The position numbers and the translations under genes were made by a program. A stretch of 64,000 nucleotides of DNA from Thermodesulfobacteriota bacterium (lineage in GTDB: Bacteria > Desulfobacterota_D > UBA1144 > Nemesobacterales > Nemesobacteraceae): NCBI GenBank assembly GCA_965209225.1, contig OZ242379.1:1666661-1730660 (forward strand), read 5' to 3'. Under the pieces are notes generated by a model, which saw nothing but the letters and a program-made list of their open reading frames with translations, had not been told where the DNA came from and made no database searches. Below are positions 38,856-48,441 of the stretch, in pieces. Positions within the stretch are counted from its first letter, which is position 1. Every line of letters begins with the position of its first letter.

Positions 38856-39965
38856 TCACGGAGCGTTACGCTCCGCCCTCTCAAGAAAAATCCGCGGATT
38901 CTCATGCCACTGCCCAAAGCCTATGCTGCCGCCGTCCGTAAGGCAGTTTATCAGCTTGTCCATTATCCCGCGCAAACTGTCGCCCTCCGGCGTGTGGGGA
39001 TAGCTGAAAGCAATGTCCTCGGAATTGTCCCGCTCAACGGCCGTAACCCGCAATTCTCCGTTGGAATTGTCGGCCGCGTGCTGGTTGCCGACCTCGCCCC
39101 GGGCGACGGCGTCCACCACAGCGTCGGTTACCGCTTCAATCTGCTCGTTCTCGGAGGAGAAGTATTGAATCTCGGGGATGTCGTCGCCGGGCGCTACCAA
39201 GCGCTTGCGGGTTTCAATGCCCGGCGTTGTCGTTGACTCGGAAGCTGTAATCCTGTGGCTCTGTTCCTCCGTCGTCAGTGTTGTGTCGTCCTCAAGCGTG
39301 ATGATCGTACCTGGCCGCAGGTAGCCTCGGGCATCGGCGATTTCGGCAAGCTGCAGCAGGCGGCTCTCTCCGGTCGTGCCCTTCAGCAGGCCGACGGTGT
39401 GGGAGCTGACGAGGTCGTCGTGGCTGTTAATGCTGGACTCGTTGCGCACCAGCAACGATTGAAATATCTTCACGTGGCCATAGCCGAAAGTAATCAGGGG
39501 TTTTTCCCTCTCGCGGTCGCCCTGAGCATAGCGTCGGTCCGGCAAGACTGTGATCCCGCCTCCAACCATGTCGAAGGGGTTGTGGGGGTTGGCGGCGCTT
39601 AGCAGCCAGATGCCGGAGAACTCTTCGCCGATACCAATGGGCCTGAACTGAAGCCATTCCCCGCTTAATTCGTCGACCGCTTCGATTAAGGAAGGCTCGT
39701 AGCCAAGCGGACGATGAAACGCCGGGTCGCTACGGTCCTGAGTATCCGCGTAGCTCATCGGCTCAAAATCGGTATAAAAGCCGTAAACGACATTTCTCGG
39801 GTCGGACGCCAGATCATTGATCACGCTGCCCATATCCGCGCAAGCGGCGTCAATTGGCCCGGGGTCACTGTCGTTACCGCCACAGCCCGCCGCAAGTAGG
39901 ACCAGGCCGCAAAAGACGGCAAGCGGCAGATGATTGCGAGTGGTCTCCAGTATTGAACAGATCAT
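38856..39965 (-). CDS. Stand-alone substrate-binding lipoprotein (family 3-like)
   Basis: Lipobox LAAGC, DFEPMSY...GYEPSL, GGGIT...RR, VDAVARGE. Confidence 0.65.
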   Translation of the reverse strand: MICSILETTRNHLPLAVFCGLVLLAAGCGGNDSDPGPIDAACADMGSVINDLASDPRNVVYGFYTDFEPMSYADTQDRSDPAFHRPLGYEPSLIEAVDELSGEWLQFRPIGIGEEFSGIWLLSAANPHNPFDMVGGGITVLPDRRYAQGDREREKPLITFGYGHVKIFQSLLVRNESSINSHDDLVSSHTVGLLKGTTGESRLLQLAEIADARGYLRPGTIITLEDDTTLTTEEQSHRITASESTTTPGIETRKRLVAPGDDIPEIQYFSSENEQIEAVTDAVVDAVARGEVGNQHAADNSNGELRVTAVERDNSEDIAFSYPHTPEGDSLRGIMDKLINCLTDGGSIGFGQWHENPRIFLERAERNAP

Positions 39966-40273
39966 TCTTACGTCTCTCGCACTTCGGGGTTTCGGCCTCC
40001 GGAAAGATAAAACGCCTGAAGGTAGCCTAGCGAAAAAAATGGAACATTCAATCTGTCGATGGCTATGTTGCGCGAATTGGAGGTCCAAACTTCAGATTGT
40101 CCGGGTGAACAGAGATTCGATCGGGGGGCTTGTTTTCGCTGAATTGATAATATTTTTTTATCTCCAAACCTGGGCCCCTTTTTATGAAAATGCCGTTTTC
40201 ATTCAGGCGAGGGATAGCGTACCCTAAAATGGGGAAAGGGTGAAGCTTAACGGTTGATAGTTCTCTTTTCTTG

Positions 40274-40870
40274 ATGGACGCGATGGACATTCGAGAAGAA
40301 ATAAGAAAGGTCTTGGATCCTCCGGGGACCCTCCTTGATCCAGGTGGGGAATTCTTGGCAGCTGCCGTGCTGGTTATGCTCTGCGAGCGGGGCGGAGATT
40401 ATGGAATATGGTTTATAAGAAGAACCGAATACAGGGATGACGCTTTTTCAGGTCACGTGGCCTTTCCGGGGGGAAAGAAAAAGCAAAGTGACGCGACTCT
40501 TGTTGATACGGCTTGCAGGGAGGCTGGAGAGGAGCTTGGTTTTGACGCCGGGAAGGAAGCAGAGATTCTCGGGGAAATGGATTTCGTGCGTCCCTACACT
40601 CCTTCTGTCAGACAGTATGCGGTAAAGCCTTTTGTAGCGATGATAAATGACGAAGTGGGGTTTGTTCCCAATTATGAGGTATCAGAATTTTTCTGCGTCC
40701 CGGTTTCCCACTTGGTTAACCCAGAAAACAGGGATGTAAGGGAAAGAAGACGTGATGGGAAGATAATAGATGATTACGTGTTTGCTTACCGCAATCACAT
40801 AATATGGGGACTTACGGGGAGAATACTTAATGAATTCTTCAAGAAAACTTCGGCGTGTCTCACGATGTGA
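40274..40870 (+). CDS. CoA pyrophosphatase (Nudix)
   Basis: AAVL, SGHVAFPGG...TACREAGEELG, IWGLTG. Confidence 0.9.
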   Translation: MDAMDIREEIRKVLDPPGTLLDPGGEFLAAAVLVMLCERGGDYGIWFIRRTEYRDDAFSGHVAFPGGKKKQSDATLVDTACREAGEELGFDAGKEAEILGEMDFVRPYTPSVRQYAVKPFVAMINDEVGFVPNYEVSEFFCVPVSHLVNPENRDVRERRRDGKIIDDYVFAYRNHIIWGLTGRILNEFFKKTSACLTM

Positions 40871-40920
40871 GATAATATCGGGAGTTTTTCATGCATCTTG
40901 ATTCCTACTTCAAACTTTCA

Positions 40921-41042
40921 TTTGTGTCCGTTGTTTGAATCTAACTAACATAAAATTCCATTTATGTCAGTTGTTCTCTTGTAAATTCCATCTGTGTTAG
41001 TTATTTTGATTTAACTAACATAAATCATGAATTACGTTAGTT
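40921..41042. promoter_or_regulatory. Array of six 12-bp AACTAACATAAA-like half-sites in both orientations upstream of fic
   Basis: Forward at 40943 and 41013; reverse at 40921, 40961, 40991, 41031. Confidence 0.75.
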
Positions 41043-41053
41043 GAGAGTTTTTC

Positions 41054-42223
41054 ATGGAGAAGAAAAAGCGCATTGGCACATATCTCAGAAGTTCAGTTGT
41101 AGCGGGAGAGCATTATGATTCCTATATTCCCAAGCCTCTGCCACCTGAACCGCCTCTTGACATGAGAGAACTCTACCCTTTGCTTGATCAGGCAAATGCG
41201 GCGCTGGGACGGCTTGACGGAATGAGTGCGGTTTTGCCTGACACGTCACTTCTTCTCTATATGTATATTCGTAAGGAGGCCGTGCTTTCTTCGCAGATTG
41301 AAGGGACGCAGTCTTCTCTATCTGATTTGCTGTTGTTTGAGACCGCAAAGGCTCCTGGTGTTCCCATGGGAGAAGATGTCGCCTCGGTCTCACGTTATGT
41401 CTCCGCCATGAAATACGGTATTGACCGCATGGAGGGACTTCCGCTCTCCTTGCGCCTTATTCGTGAAATTCATGCCAAGCTTATGGATAGCGCGTGGGAT
41501 GGCCATGTGCGTCCCGGCGAGTTTCGCACTTCGCAGAACTGGATAGGGGGTTCAAGGCCTGGAAACGCGCGTTTTGTTCCGCCTCCTCCCGAGAAATTGA
41601 TGGAGTGCCTCAGAAGCCTTGAGAATTTTCTTCATGACGACACGGTGAGATTACCCGTGCTCGTCAAGGCGGCGTTGGTCCATGTGCAGTTTGAGACTAT
41701 CCATCCGTTTCTTGACGGAAACGGACGTGTTGGTCGATTGCTCATAACTCTCATTCTCTGCGCTCATGGAATTCTCAAGGAACCTCTTCTTTATCTGAGT
41801 CTCTATTTCAAAGTCAACCGTCGGGCTTACTACGATCACCTGCAATCCGTGAGAGAAACGGGAGATTGGGAGGCATGGATTGAGTTTTTTCTGGAAGGTG
41901 TGGTTGAGACAGCTGGTCAGGCAATGGAAACGGCGAAGGCTGTTAAGGACCTGTTCGAAAGGGATAAGACTCGCATTGAGGTGTCCGGCAGGTCGACTCC
42001 CGGGGTCTTAAAGATACATGATTGCCTCAAGCGCTTCCCCGTCAGTAATACGACCGGGATCAAAGAGTTTTGCGGAGTTTCGCTGCCCACTGTGCTTCGC
42101 TGCCTGCTGAGTCTTGAATTCCTGGGGATTGTAAAAGAGATTACGGGCAAGGACCGCCGTAAAATCTTTGTTTACGAAGAGTATCTTGATATTCTGAACC
42201 GGGGTACCGGACCGATTTTTTAG
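41054..42223 (+). CDS. Fic-family protein (N-terminal inhibitory helix, C-terminal wHTH)
   Basis: SSQIEG, HPFLDGNGRVGR. Confidence 0.92.
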   Translation: MEKKKRIGTYLRSSVVAGEHYDSYIPKPLPPEPPLDMRELYPLLDQANAALGRLDGMSAVLPDTSLLLYMYIRKEAVLSSQIEGTQSSLSDLLLFETAKAPGVPMGEDVASVSRYVSAMKYGIDRMEGLPLSLRLIREIHAKLMDSAWDGHVRPGEFRTSQNWIGGSRPGNARFVPPPPEKLMECLRSLENFLHDDTVRLPVLVKAALVHVQFETIHPFLDGNGRVGRLLITLILCAHGILKEPLLYLSLYFKVNRRAYYDHLQSVRETGDWEAWIEFFLEGVVETAGQAMETAKAVKDLFERDKTRIEVSGRSTPGVLKIHDCLKRFPVSNTTGIKEFCGVSLPTVLRCLLSLEFLGIVKEITGKDRRKIFVYEEYLDILNRGTGPIF

Positions 42224-42355
42224 CCTGTTGCCCATGTGGAATCTTTTTCCTAATTTTATAATCTGGGTGCGACCCTTTTCCCGAAGTTGTATTTAAATCC
42301 GACGGATATTCATGTAGAATTCCACGGAATCCAAAAACGGCGGTGACCAAGAATC

Positions 42356-42787
42356 ATGGCAGCGGTTAACAAGGCTATAATACTCGGCAATCTGGGAAGG
42401 GACCCCGAAGTAAGATATACGCCTGACGGAATGGCGATTACTACTTTTTCGGTTGCCACAACGGAAAAACGCAAGGACAAGGACGGAAATTCCCAGGAAC
42501 AGACCGAATGGCACAGGGTAGTGACGTTCGGCAGGACGGCGGAGGTATGCGGCGAGTACCTTTCCAAGGGAAGCTCGGTTTACGTGGAAGGTTCAATCAG
42601 GACCCGATCGTGGGATGACAGGGAAGGCAACAAAAGATACACGACCGAAATTGTCGGGAGGACGGTTCAGTTTCTCTCCCCCAGAGGGGAAGGCGGAAGG
42701 CAGAGCCGTTCCGAGGCGCCTCCGCCCGAGGATGATTTCGCCTACGAAGAGGGCACTGGTATGACGGACGACGACGTCCCGTTCTGA
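42356..42787 (+). CDS. ssb: Single-stranded DNA-binding protein
   Basis: [26 protein letters not shown]. Confidence 0.97.
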   Translation: MAAVNKAIILGNLGRDPEVRYTPDGMAITTFSVATTEKRKDKDGNSQEQTEWHRVVTFGRTAEVCGEYLSKGSSVYVEGSIRTRSWDDREGNKRYTTEIVGRTVQFLSPRGEGGRQSRSEAPPPEDDFAYEEGTGMTDDDVPF

Positions 42788-42817
42788 TTTTTCGGTTTTT
42801 ACTGACACGTTAAGTCT

Positions 42818-44203
42818 ATGTCTCTGGCCGTTATAATCCTGGCGGCGGGCAAGGGAGTCCGCATGAATTCGCAACTCCCCAAGGTGCTGCACCCGATCTT
42901 GAAAAAGCCCATGTTGCGCTATGTCCTTGAGACGGCGCAGAAGATGGAGCCTGAGAAGATAGTGCTTGTCCTGGGATATGATTGGGAGCTTGTGAAGGAG
43001 GAGGTCTCGGATTACCCGGTGGAGACGGTCATCCAGGAACCGCAGCTTGGAACCGGGCACGCGGTTTTGTGCTGCGAGGATTCATTTCGGGATTTTTCCG
43101 GGGACATTCTCATACTAAGCGGAGATGTTCCCGCAATAAGTTCTTTTTCTCTGCGCGAGTTTACGGATTCTCATGTGAAAAAGGGAGCGGACCTCTCATT
43201 AATGTCCACTCTGGTGGAGGAACCTGGCGGATACGGGAGAGTATTGAGGAATGCCGAAGGGGAAGTGCTTCGCGTGGTTGAAGACAAAGACGCCACTGCT
43301 GACGAGAAGAAGGAAAATGAGATAAATGCAGGCGTTTACTGCGTGAATTCCTCCTTTCTCTGGGAGAGCTTGGGCGGACTTAGTAGTGAAAACAGCCAGG
43401 GGGAATATTACCTGCCAGGAATTGTGGATCTCTGCGTTTCCCGCAAACGCAGACTTTTGGCTTTTAGCTTGGCGGATCCAAAGGAGGTGTCCGGAGTGAA
43501 CAGCAGAGAGCAACTCGGCGAGGCGGAAAAAACCATGAGACAGGCAATAAACCGCCGCCACATGGAAAACGGGGTTACCATAGAGGATCCCGAAACCACC
43601 TACATATCAGACTCTGTCAGCATAGGAAGGGATACAACCGTGTGTCCCAATACCTATATTTACGGTGAAACCAGTATAGGCGAGGGTTGTCGCATAGGAC
43701 CGTCTGTGTACATTGAAGATTCACGTATAGGAAACAATGTCGAGATAAGGTTTTCTTCGTATCTTACGGGGTGTGAAGTCGAAAACGGCGTAGTGATGGG
43801 TCCTTTCTGTCACCTGCGGCCCGAGGCCAGGATAAAAGACGGGGCCAAGATCGGCAATTTCGTTGAGATAAAGAAGTCGGAAATAGGGGTTGGTTCCAAG
43901 GTCCCGCATCTTTCCTACGTGGGAGATGCCGATATCGGCGACGGAGTTAATATCGGTGCCGGAACCATCACCTGCAACTACGACGGGGTAAACAAGCACA
44001 GAACCGTGGTTGAGGATCGCGCTTTCATAGGAAGCGACACCATGCTTGTTGCGCCGATCAGGGTTGGAAAAGATGCTACTACGGCCGCGGGTTCCACGAT
44101 AACGAAGGATGTTTCCCCGGGTGCTCTGGCCATAGAACGTGCCGGGCAGAAGGAAATAACCGGCTGGGCGGAGAGAAAAGGGGTAAAGAAGAGGAGATCC
44201 TGA
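42818..44203 (+). CDS. glmU: Bifunctional GlmU
   Basis: LAAGKGVRMNSQLPKVLH, hexapeptide repeats, NYDG. Confidence 0.96.
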   Translation: MSLAVIILAAGKGVRMNSQLPKVLHPILKKPMLRYVLETAQKMEPEKIVLVLGYDWELVKEEVSDYPVETVIQEPQLGTGHAVLCCEDSFRDFSGDILILSGDVPAISSFSLREFTDSHVKKGADLSLMSTLVEEPGGYGRVLRNAEGEVLRVVEDKDATADEKKENEINAGVYCVNSSFLWESLGGLSSENSQGEYYLPGIVDLCVSRKRRLLAFSLADPKEVSGVNSREQLGEAEKTMRQAINRRHMENGVTIEDPETTYISDSVSIGRDTTVCPNTYIYGETSIGEGCRIGPSVYIEDSRIGNNVEIRFSSYLTGCEVENGVVMGPFCHLRPEARIKDGAKIGNFVEIKKSEIGVGSKVPHLSYVGDADIGDGVNIGAGTITCNYDGVNKHRTVVEDRAFIGSDTMLVAPIRVGKDATTAAGSTITKDVSPGALAIERAGQKEITGWAERKGVKKRRS

Positions 44204-44204
44204 A

Positions 44205-46034
44205 ATGTGCGGAATAGTGGGATACGTGGGAAGTTCGGATAGAACCAAAAGCGTTCTCTGCGAAAGCTTGGGGAGATTAGAGTACAGGGGTTACGATTCT
44301 TCCGGGATATGCTTTGTCGAAAACGGCCGTTCCCGCGTCATAAGAAGCAAGGGAAAACTTGAAAATCTTTTCACCAAGCTAAAAGACTGCGAAGTGACCT
44401 CCTCACTCGGCATCGCTCACACCAGATGGGCCACCCACGGCGATCCCTCGGAGCGAAACGCCCACCCTCAGGTATCCGGTCCGATAAGCGTAGTGCATAA
44501 CGGAATAGTGGAGAACTACCCCGAGCTTAAGGAGGAACTTGTTGCTGCAGGTTATGAATTCTGCTCCGATACCGATACCGAAATCATCTGCCATCTGATC
44601 CGCGATTTTACGGAAAAAGGAGACTCTCTTCTTGAGTCAACGAGAAAAGCCTTTGAGAAAATAGAGGGCTCTTACGCTGTGGCGGTCATGTCGGATACAG
44701 AACCCGGGAAAATAATCGCCACCAGGCGTTTCTCTCCTCTTATAATAGCGCGCAACGGAAACGAATGTTTTCTGGCTTCAGACATCCCTGCGATTCTGCC
44801 CTACACGAGGGAATTTATTTTCCTTGAGGATAACGATTTCGTGGTTCTGGAAGAAAACGGCATTTCCGTAACCGACGCTGCCGGCAATGACGTTAGCAGA
44901 GACCCGACGGTTGTGGACTGGGACCCTTCGGTAACCGAGAAGTCAGGATATCGCCATTACATGCTGAAAGAAATTTTCGAACAGCCCGCGGCCATCTTCG
45001 ATACGCTTAGGGGAAAATTCACGGCGGACATGAGGAAAGTGGTTCTTGAGGACTTGAATCCCTCGCTTTTGCGAAACACGCAAAGAATCATTGTCGCGGC
45101 CTGCGGCACTTCCTACCACGCTGCTCTTATAGGGAAGTACATGATAGAGGAAGTCGCGGGAGTGAACACTCAGGTGGAGCTTGCATCGGAGTTTCGACAC
45201 CGAAATCCGGTCGTTGGCCCCGACAGCCTTTTTATCGCGGTTTCTCAGTCGGGCGAGACTGCGGACACCTCGGAAGCGCTTCTAAAGGCCAAGGAACTCG
45301 GTATGAACTCAATCGGAATAACGAACGTTGCGCTGAGCAAAATCTCAAGAGAGTCTGACTGCGTCATAGCTACAAAGGCGGGACCTGAGATCGGGGTTGC
45401 CTCCACAAAGTCTTTCACGACGCAGGTAATGGCGTTCTATCTTCTTTCCGTATATCTCGCGATTTCAAGGAAGACGGTTGATTCAAAAAGGGCTAGGCAG
45501 CTGATAGCCGATGCCATATCGGTTTCAAAACTCCAGCAGGAAGTTCTTGGGCTCGATGAACGTCTCAGGGATATTTCAAGAGATTTTTACGGTTACAGGA
45601 ATTTTATATATCTGGGCCGGGGAATTAATTACCCCGTGGCCATTGAGGGAGCGCTTAAGCTCAAAGAGGTTTCATACATCCACGCCGAAGGATATGCCGC
45701 CGGGGAGATGAAGCACGGTCCCATAGCTCTTATAGACAGCAACATGCCCGTTGTGTTTATAGCTCCGGAGGAAGATGTATATTACAAAAAGCTCCTTGGG
45801 AATTTTCAGGAGGTAAAGGCCAGGGGAGGGCGAATAATTTTCATAACGTCGGATAGAGAGCTTCGACTTCCCGACGAAAGGGACAGGAAGATAGTGATTC
45901 CGAAAAGCTCTTACCTTGTAAGCCCGATGGTATCGGTTATCCCCGTTCAGTTTATGGCTTATCACATAGCCAATATTCTGGGGACGGATGTTGATCAGCC
46001 GAGGAACTTGGCCAAGGTTGTCACGGTGGAATAG
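44205..46034 (+). CDS. glmS: Glutamine-fructose-6-phosphate aminotransferase
   Basis: MCGIVG, HTRWATHG, SQSGET, DQPRNLAKVVTVE. Confidence 0.97.
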   Translation: MCGIVGYVGSSDRTKSVLCESLGRLEYRGYDSSGICFVENGRSRVIRSKGKLENLFTKLKDCEVTSSLGIAHTRWATHGDPSERNAHPQVSGPISVVHNGIVENYPELKEELVAAGYEFCSDTDTEIICHLIRDFTEKGDSLLESTRKAFEKIEGSYAVAVMSDTEPGKIIATRRFSPLIIARNGNECFLASDIPAILPYTREFIFLEDNDFVVLEENGISVTDAAGNDVSRDPTVVDWDPSVTEKSGYRHYMLKEIFEQPAAIFDTLRGKFTADMRKVVLEDLNPSLLRNTQRIIVAACGTSYHAALIGKYMIEEVAGVNTQVELASEFRHRNPVVGPDSLFIAVSQSGETADTSEALLKAKELGMNSIGITNVALSKISRESDCVIATKAGPEIGVASTKSFTTQVMAFYLLSVYLAISRKTVDSKRARQLIADAISVSKLQQEVLGLDERLRDISRDFYGYRNFIYLGRGINYPVAIEGALKLKEVSYIHAEGYAAGEMKHGPIALIDSNMPVVFIAPEEDVYYKKLLGNFQEVKARGGRIIFITSDRELRLPDERDRKIVIPKSSYLVSPMVSVIPVQFMAYHIANILGTDVDQPRNLAKVVTVE

Positions 46035-46157
46035 CATGAAGTTCTGTACGGTTGATTTGCGTCGCAGTCGGAATTAACGGCGGTAATCAAAATGCGACGA
46101 TTGCGAAACAATCTCGGGAAGCATATAATATAGTATACCTAAGGAGGTAGCCTGTTC

Positions 46158-46349
46158 ATGGACGAAACCCTTGTTTTTGAAGTGCTCTGGGATAATGAAG
46201 CTGAGGTGTGGTATACATACGAAACCCCTGTTCAAGGGGCTATGGCTGAGGCTCCGACGCTTGACGAATTATATTCCAAGCTTTCAGTTATTGTTTCCGA
46301 AATACTACAGATGAACCAGCAATTCCCACTAAGTCCTAAAACCCCTTAA
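46158..46349 (+). CDS. DUF1902/HicB-like small protein
   Basis: WDNEAEVW...G..AEAPTLDEL; AAGGAGG RBS. Confidence 0.7.
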   Translation: MDETLVFEVLWDNEAEVWYTYETPVQGAMAEAPTLDELYSKLSVIVSEILQMNQQFPLSPKTP

Positions 46350-46354
46350 AATAA

Positions 46355-46955
46355 AGGGGTTCAGTCGTTTATAAGGATGTACGGATACCTCTCCCAGATA
46401 ATAAACTTCTCCGACATTGAGCTTGAAAAGTCGTTTGTCTTCTTCAGGTATCTCAACAGAAAACTTCCGAAACGCGAATCGCAGCAGTTCGATGCAAGCG
46501 ATATGGTAGATCTTGACTCGCTCAGAATACAGAAAACCCACGAGCACATCGGGGAGCTTGAGAAAACAGATGTATCGCTCACTCCTCCCGAGTTTGAAGG
46601 ATGTGCCGCGTCTGAGACGAAACGTGATCTGCTCTCGGAAATCATAGCCCAGCTTAACAGTGTTCATGGTGTTAACCTTACGGAGGAAGACAGACTTGAT
46701 CTCTCCCGTCTGAACAAGCGCTTAAACGAAGATGCGGAGATGGCAAAGTACATGAATGATGAAAACACCGAGGAGAACAAGAAGAATTTCTTCACAAAAC
46801 AGTTTGACAGCATGCTGATTGACTACGTGAACGAGAGGTTTGATTTCTACAAGAAGATAGAAGAAAACCAGTCGATCAAGGATCTGATATGCCAGATGCT
46901 TTACGCGGGGTATCAGCATAACAGACCATCTATGGTGCTGGGGGATTCAGAATGA
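46355..46955 (+). pseudogene. C-terminal fragment of type I restriction subunit R (HsdR)
   Basis: VQSFIRMYGYLSQII.F.D.ELEK...RKLP...LSEII..LN..HG; no helicase or nuclease part. Confidence 0.7.
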
Positions 46956-48232
46956 AAGTACTTGTCGTAGGAGGCGGGGGGAGGGAACACGCCCTCTGCT
47001 GGAAAATAGGCCAGAGTCCTCTGGTAAGGAGTGTTTACTGCGCTCCCGGAAACGCGGGAATAAGCCGTCACGCAGAGTGTTTTGATATCGGGGTGACGGA
47101 ATTCGATTCACTCGCACGGTTTGTTAAAGAACAGTCTGTGGACCTTACCGTGGTAGGCCCCGAGCAGCCTCTTTGCGAAGGGATAATCGACTTTTTCGAA
47201 AAAGAGGGTCTTCTCGTCTTCGGTCCTTCAAAAGCCGCCGCGGAGCTTGAAGGAAGCAAGATATTCTCAAAGAACCTGATGAAGAAATACGGGATTCCGA
47301 CCGGGGAATATTTCGTTTTCTCAGACATGGGACAGGCGCTTGCGAAGACAGCGGAAATGGAACCTCCGTTCGTGGTGAAGGCAGACGGCCTTGCCGCCGG
47401 CAAGGGGGTTATCATATGCCGCTCCTGCGAAGAGGGAGAGGACGCGGTTCGCTCAATGATGGAGCGCGCGGCGTTCGGTCACGCGGGAACTAAAGTGGTA
47501 ATAGAGGAATTTCTTACGGGCGAGGAAGCATCTTTTTTCGCCTTTACGGACGGAGAGAACATACTTCCGCTTGAGCCTTCCCAGGACCACAAGCCCATAT
47601 TTGACGGGGACAGGGGGCCGAACACGGGAGGAATGGGCGCGTATGCCCCTGCCCCCCTGGTAACAGATGAGTTAAGGCTAAGAATAATCGACGAGGTCAT
47701 GATTCCGACTGTGCGGGCGATGAAATCAGAAGGCAGGATCTACAGGGGGATTCTCTACGCCGGGCTGATGATAAAGGGCAGGAGTTTCAAGGTGCTTGAA
47801 TTTAACTGCCGCTTCGGTGACCCCGAAGCCCAGCCGCTTCTTATGAAAATGGATTCGGATATCGTTCCCGTTCTTTATTCGATAGCGCGGGGCGAAATGA
47901 GCACGGAACCCCTAGAGTGGAAGGATGGATTCTGCGTCTGCGTCGTAATGGCTTCAAGAGGTTATCCCGGAAGCTACGACAAGGGGGTTGAGCTCAAAAA
48001 AGCCAAAGACTTTGAGGATACCGAGGAAACGGTCGTTTTTCACGCGGGAACCGCTTTTTCCGAGGACAAGCTGGTTACAGGCGGAGGGAGGGTTCTCGGA
48101 GTCACTTCGCTTGGCTATACCATAGAGGAATCAATACAGAGCGCTTACAGGGTCGTTGATTTAATTTCCGAGGAAAGTCTTGTTTACAGAACTGATATAG
48201 GAAGAAAGGCGCTTTTGCGACTCAGAAACTGA
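46952..48232 (+). CDS. purD: Phosphoribosylamine-glycine ligase
   Basis: GGGGREHAL, KADGLAAGKGV, GPNTGGMG, EFNCRFGDPE. Confidence 0.97.
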   Translation: MKVLVVGGGGREHALCWKIGQSPLVRSVYCAPGNAGISRHAECFDIGVTEFDSLARFVKEQSVDLTVVGPEQPLCEGIIDFFEKEGLLVFGPSKAAAELEGSKIFSKNLMKKYGIPTGEYFVFSDMGQALAKTAEMEPPFVVKADGLAAGKGVIICRSCEEGEDAVRSMMERAAFGHAGTKVVIEEFLTGEEASFFAFTDGENILPLEPSQDHKPIFDGDRGPNTGGMGAYAPAPLVTDELRLRIIDEVMIPTVRAMKSEGRIYRGILYAGLMIKGRSFKVLEFNCRFGDPEAQPLLMKMDSDIVPVLYSIARGEMSTEPLEWKDGFCVCVVMASRGYPGSYDKGVELKKAKDFEDTEETVVFHAGTAFSEDKLVTGGGRVLGVTSLGYTIEESIQSAYRVVDLISEESLVYRTDIGRKALLRLRN

Positions 48233-48441
48233 GCGGTGTACGATGAGATCTGGCTAGGGTTGTTACGGTGGAACAGGTTGAGGCTGGAGGATTACGGTGT
48301 CTGAATAACCCAAAGCTCTCTAGCGTGCAATCTGGAAATGAACTTTGCGAGCAGGCTGCCAGACAGTTATTTAAAAGTGCGCCCGTTGTGTCGGCGCGCA
48401 GGGTGGTTTCAGTCTGTTGAGTTACTTTAAGGAGGTATGAC

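Noticed and set aside
46035-46160. Tn7 end at attTn7 after glmS
   Set aside because: A TGT occurs at 46045, but no repeated TnsB sites, matching other end, 5-bp TSD or tns genes were found
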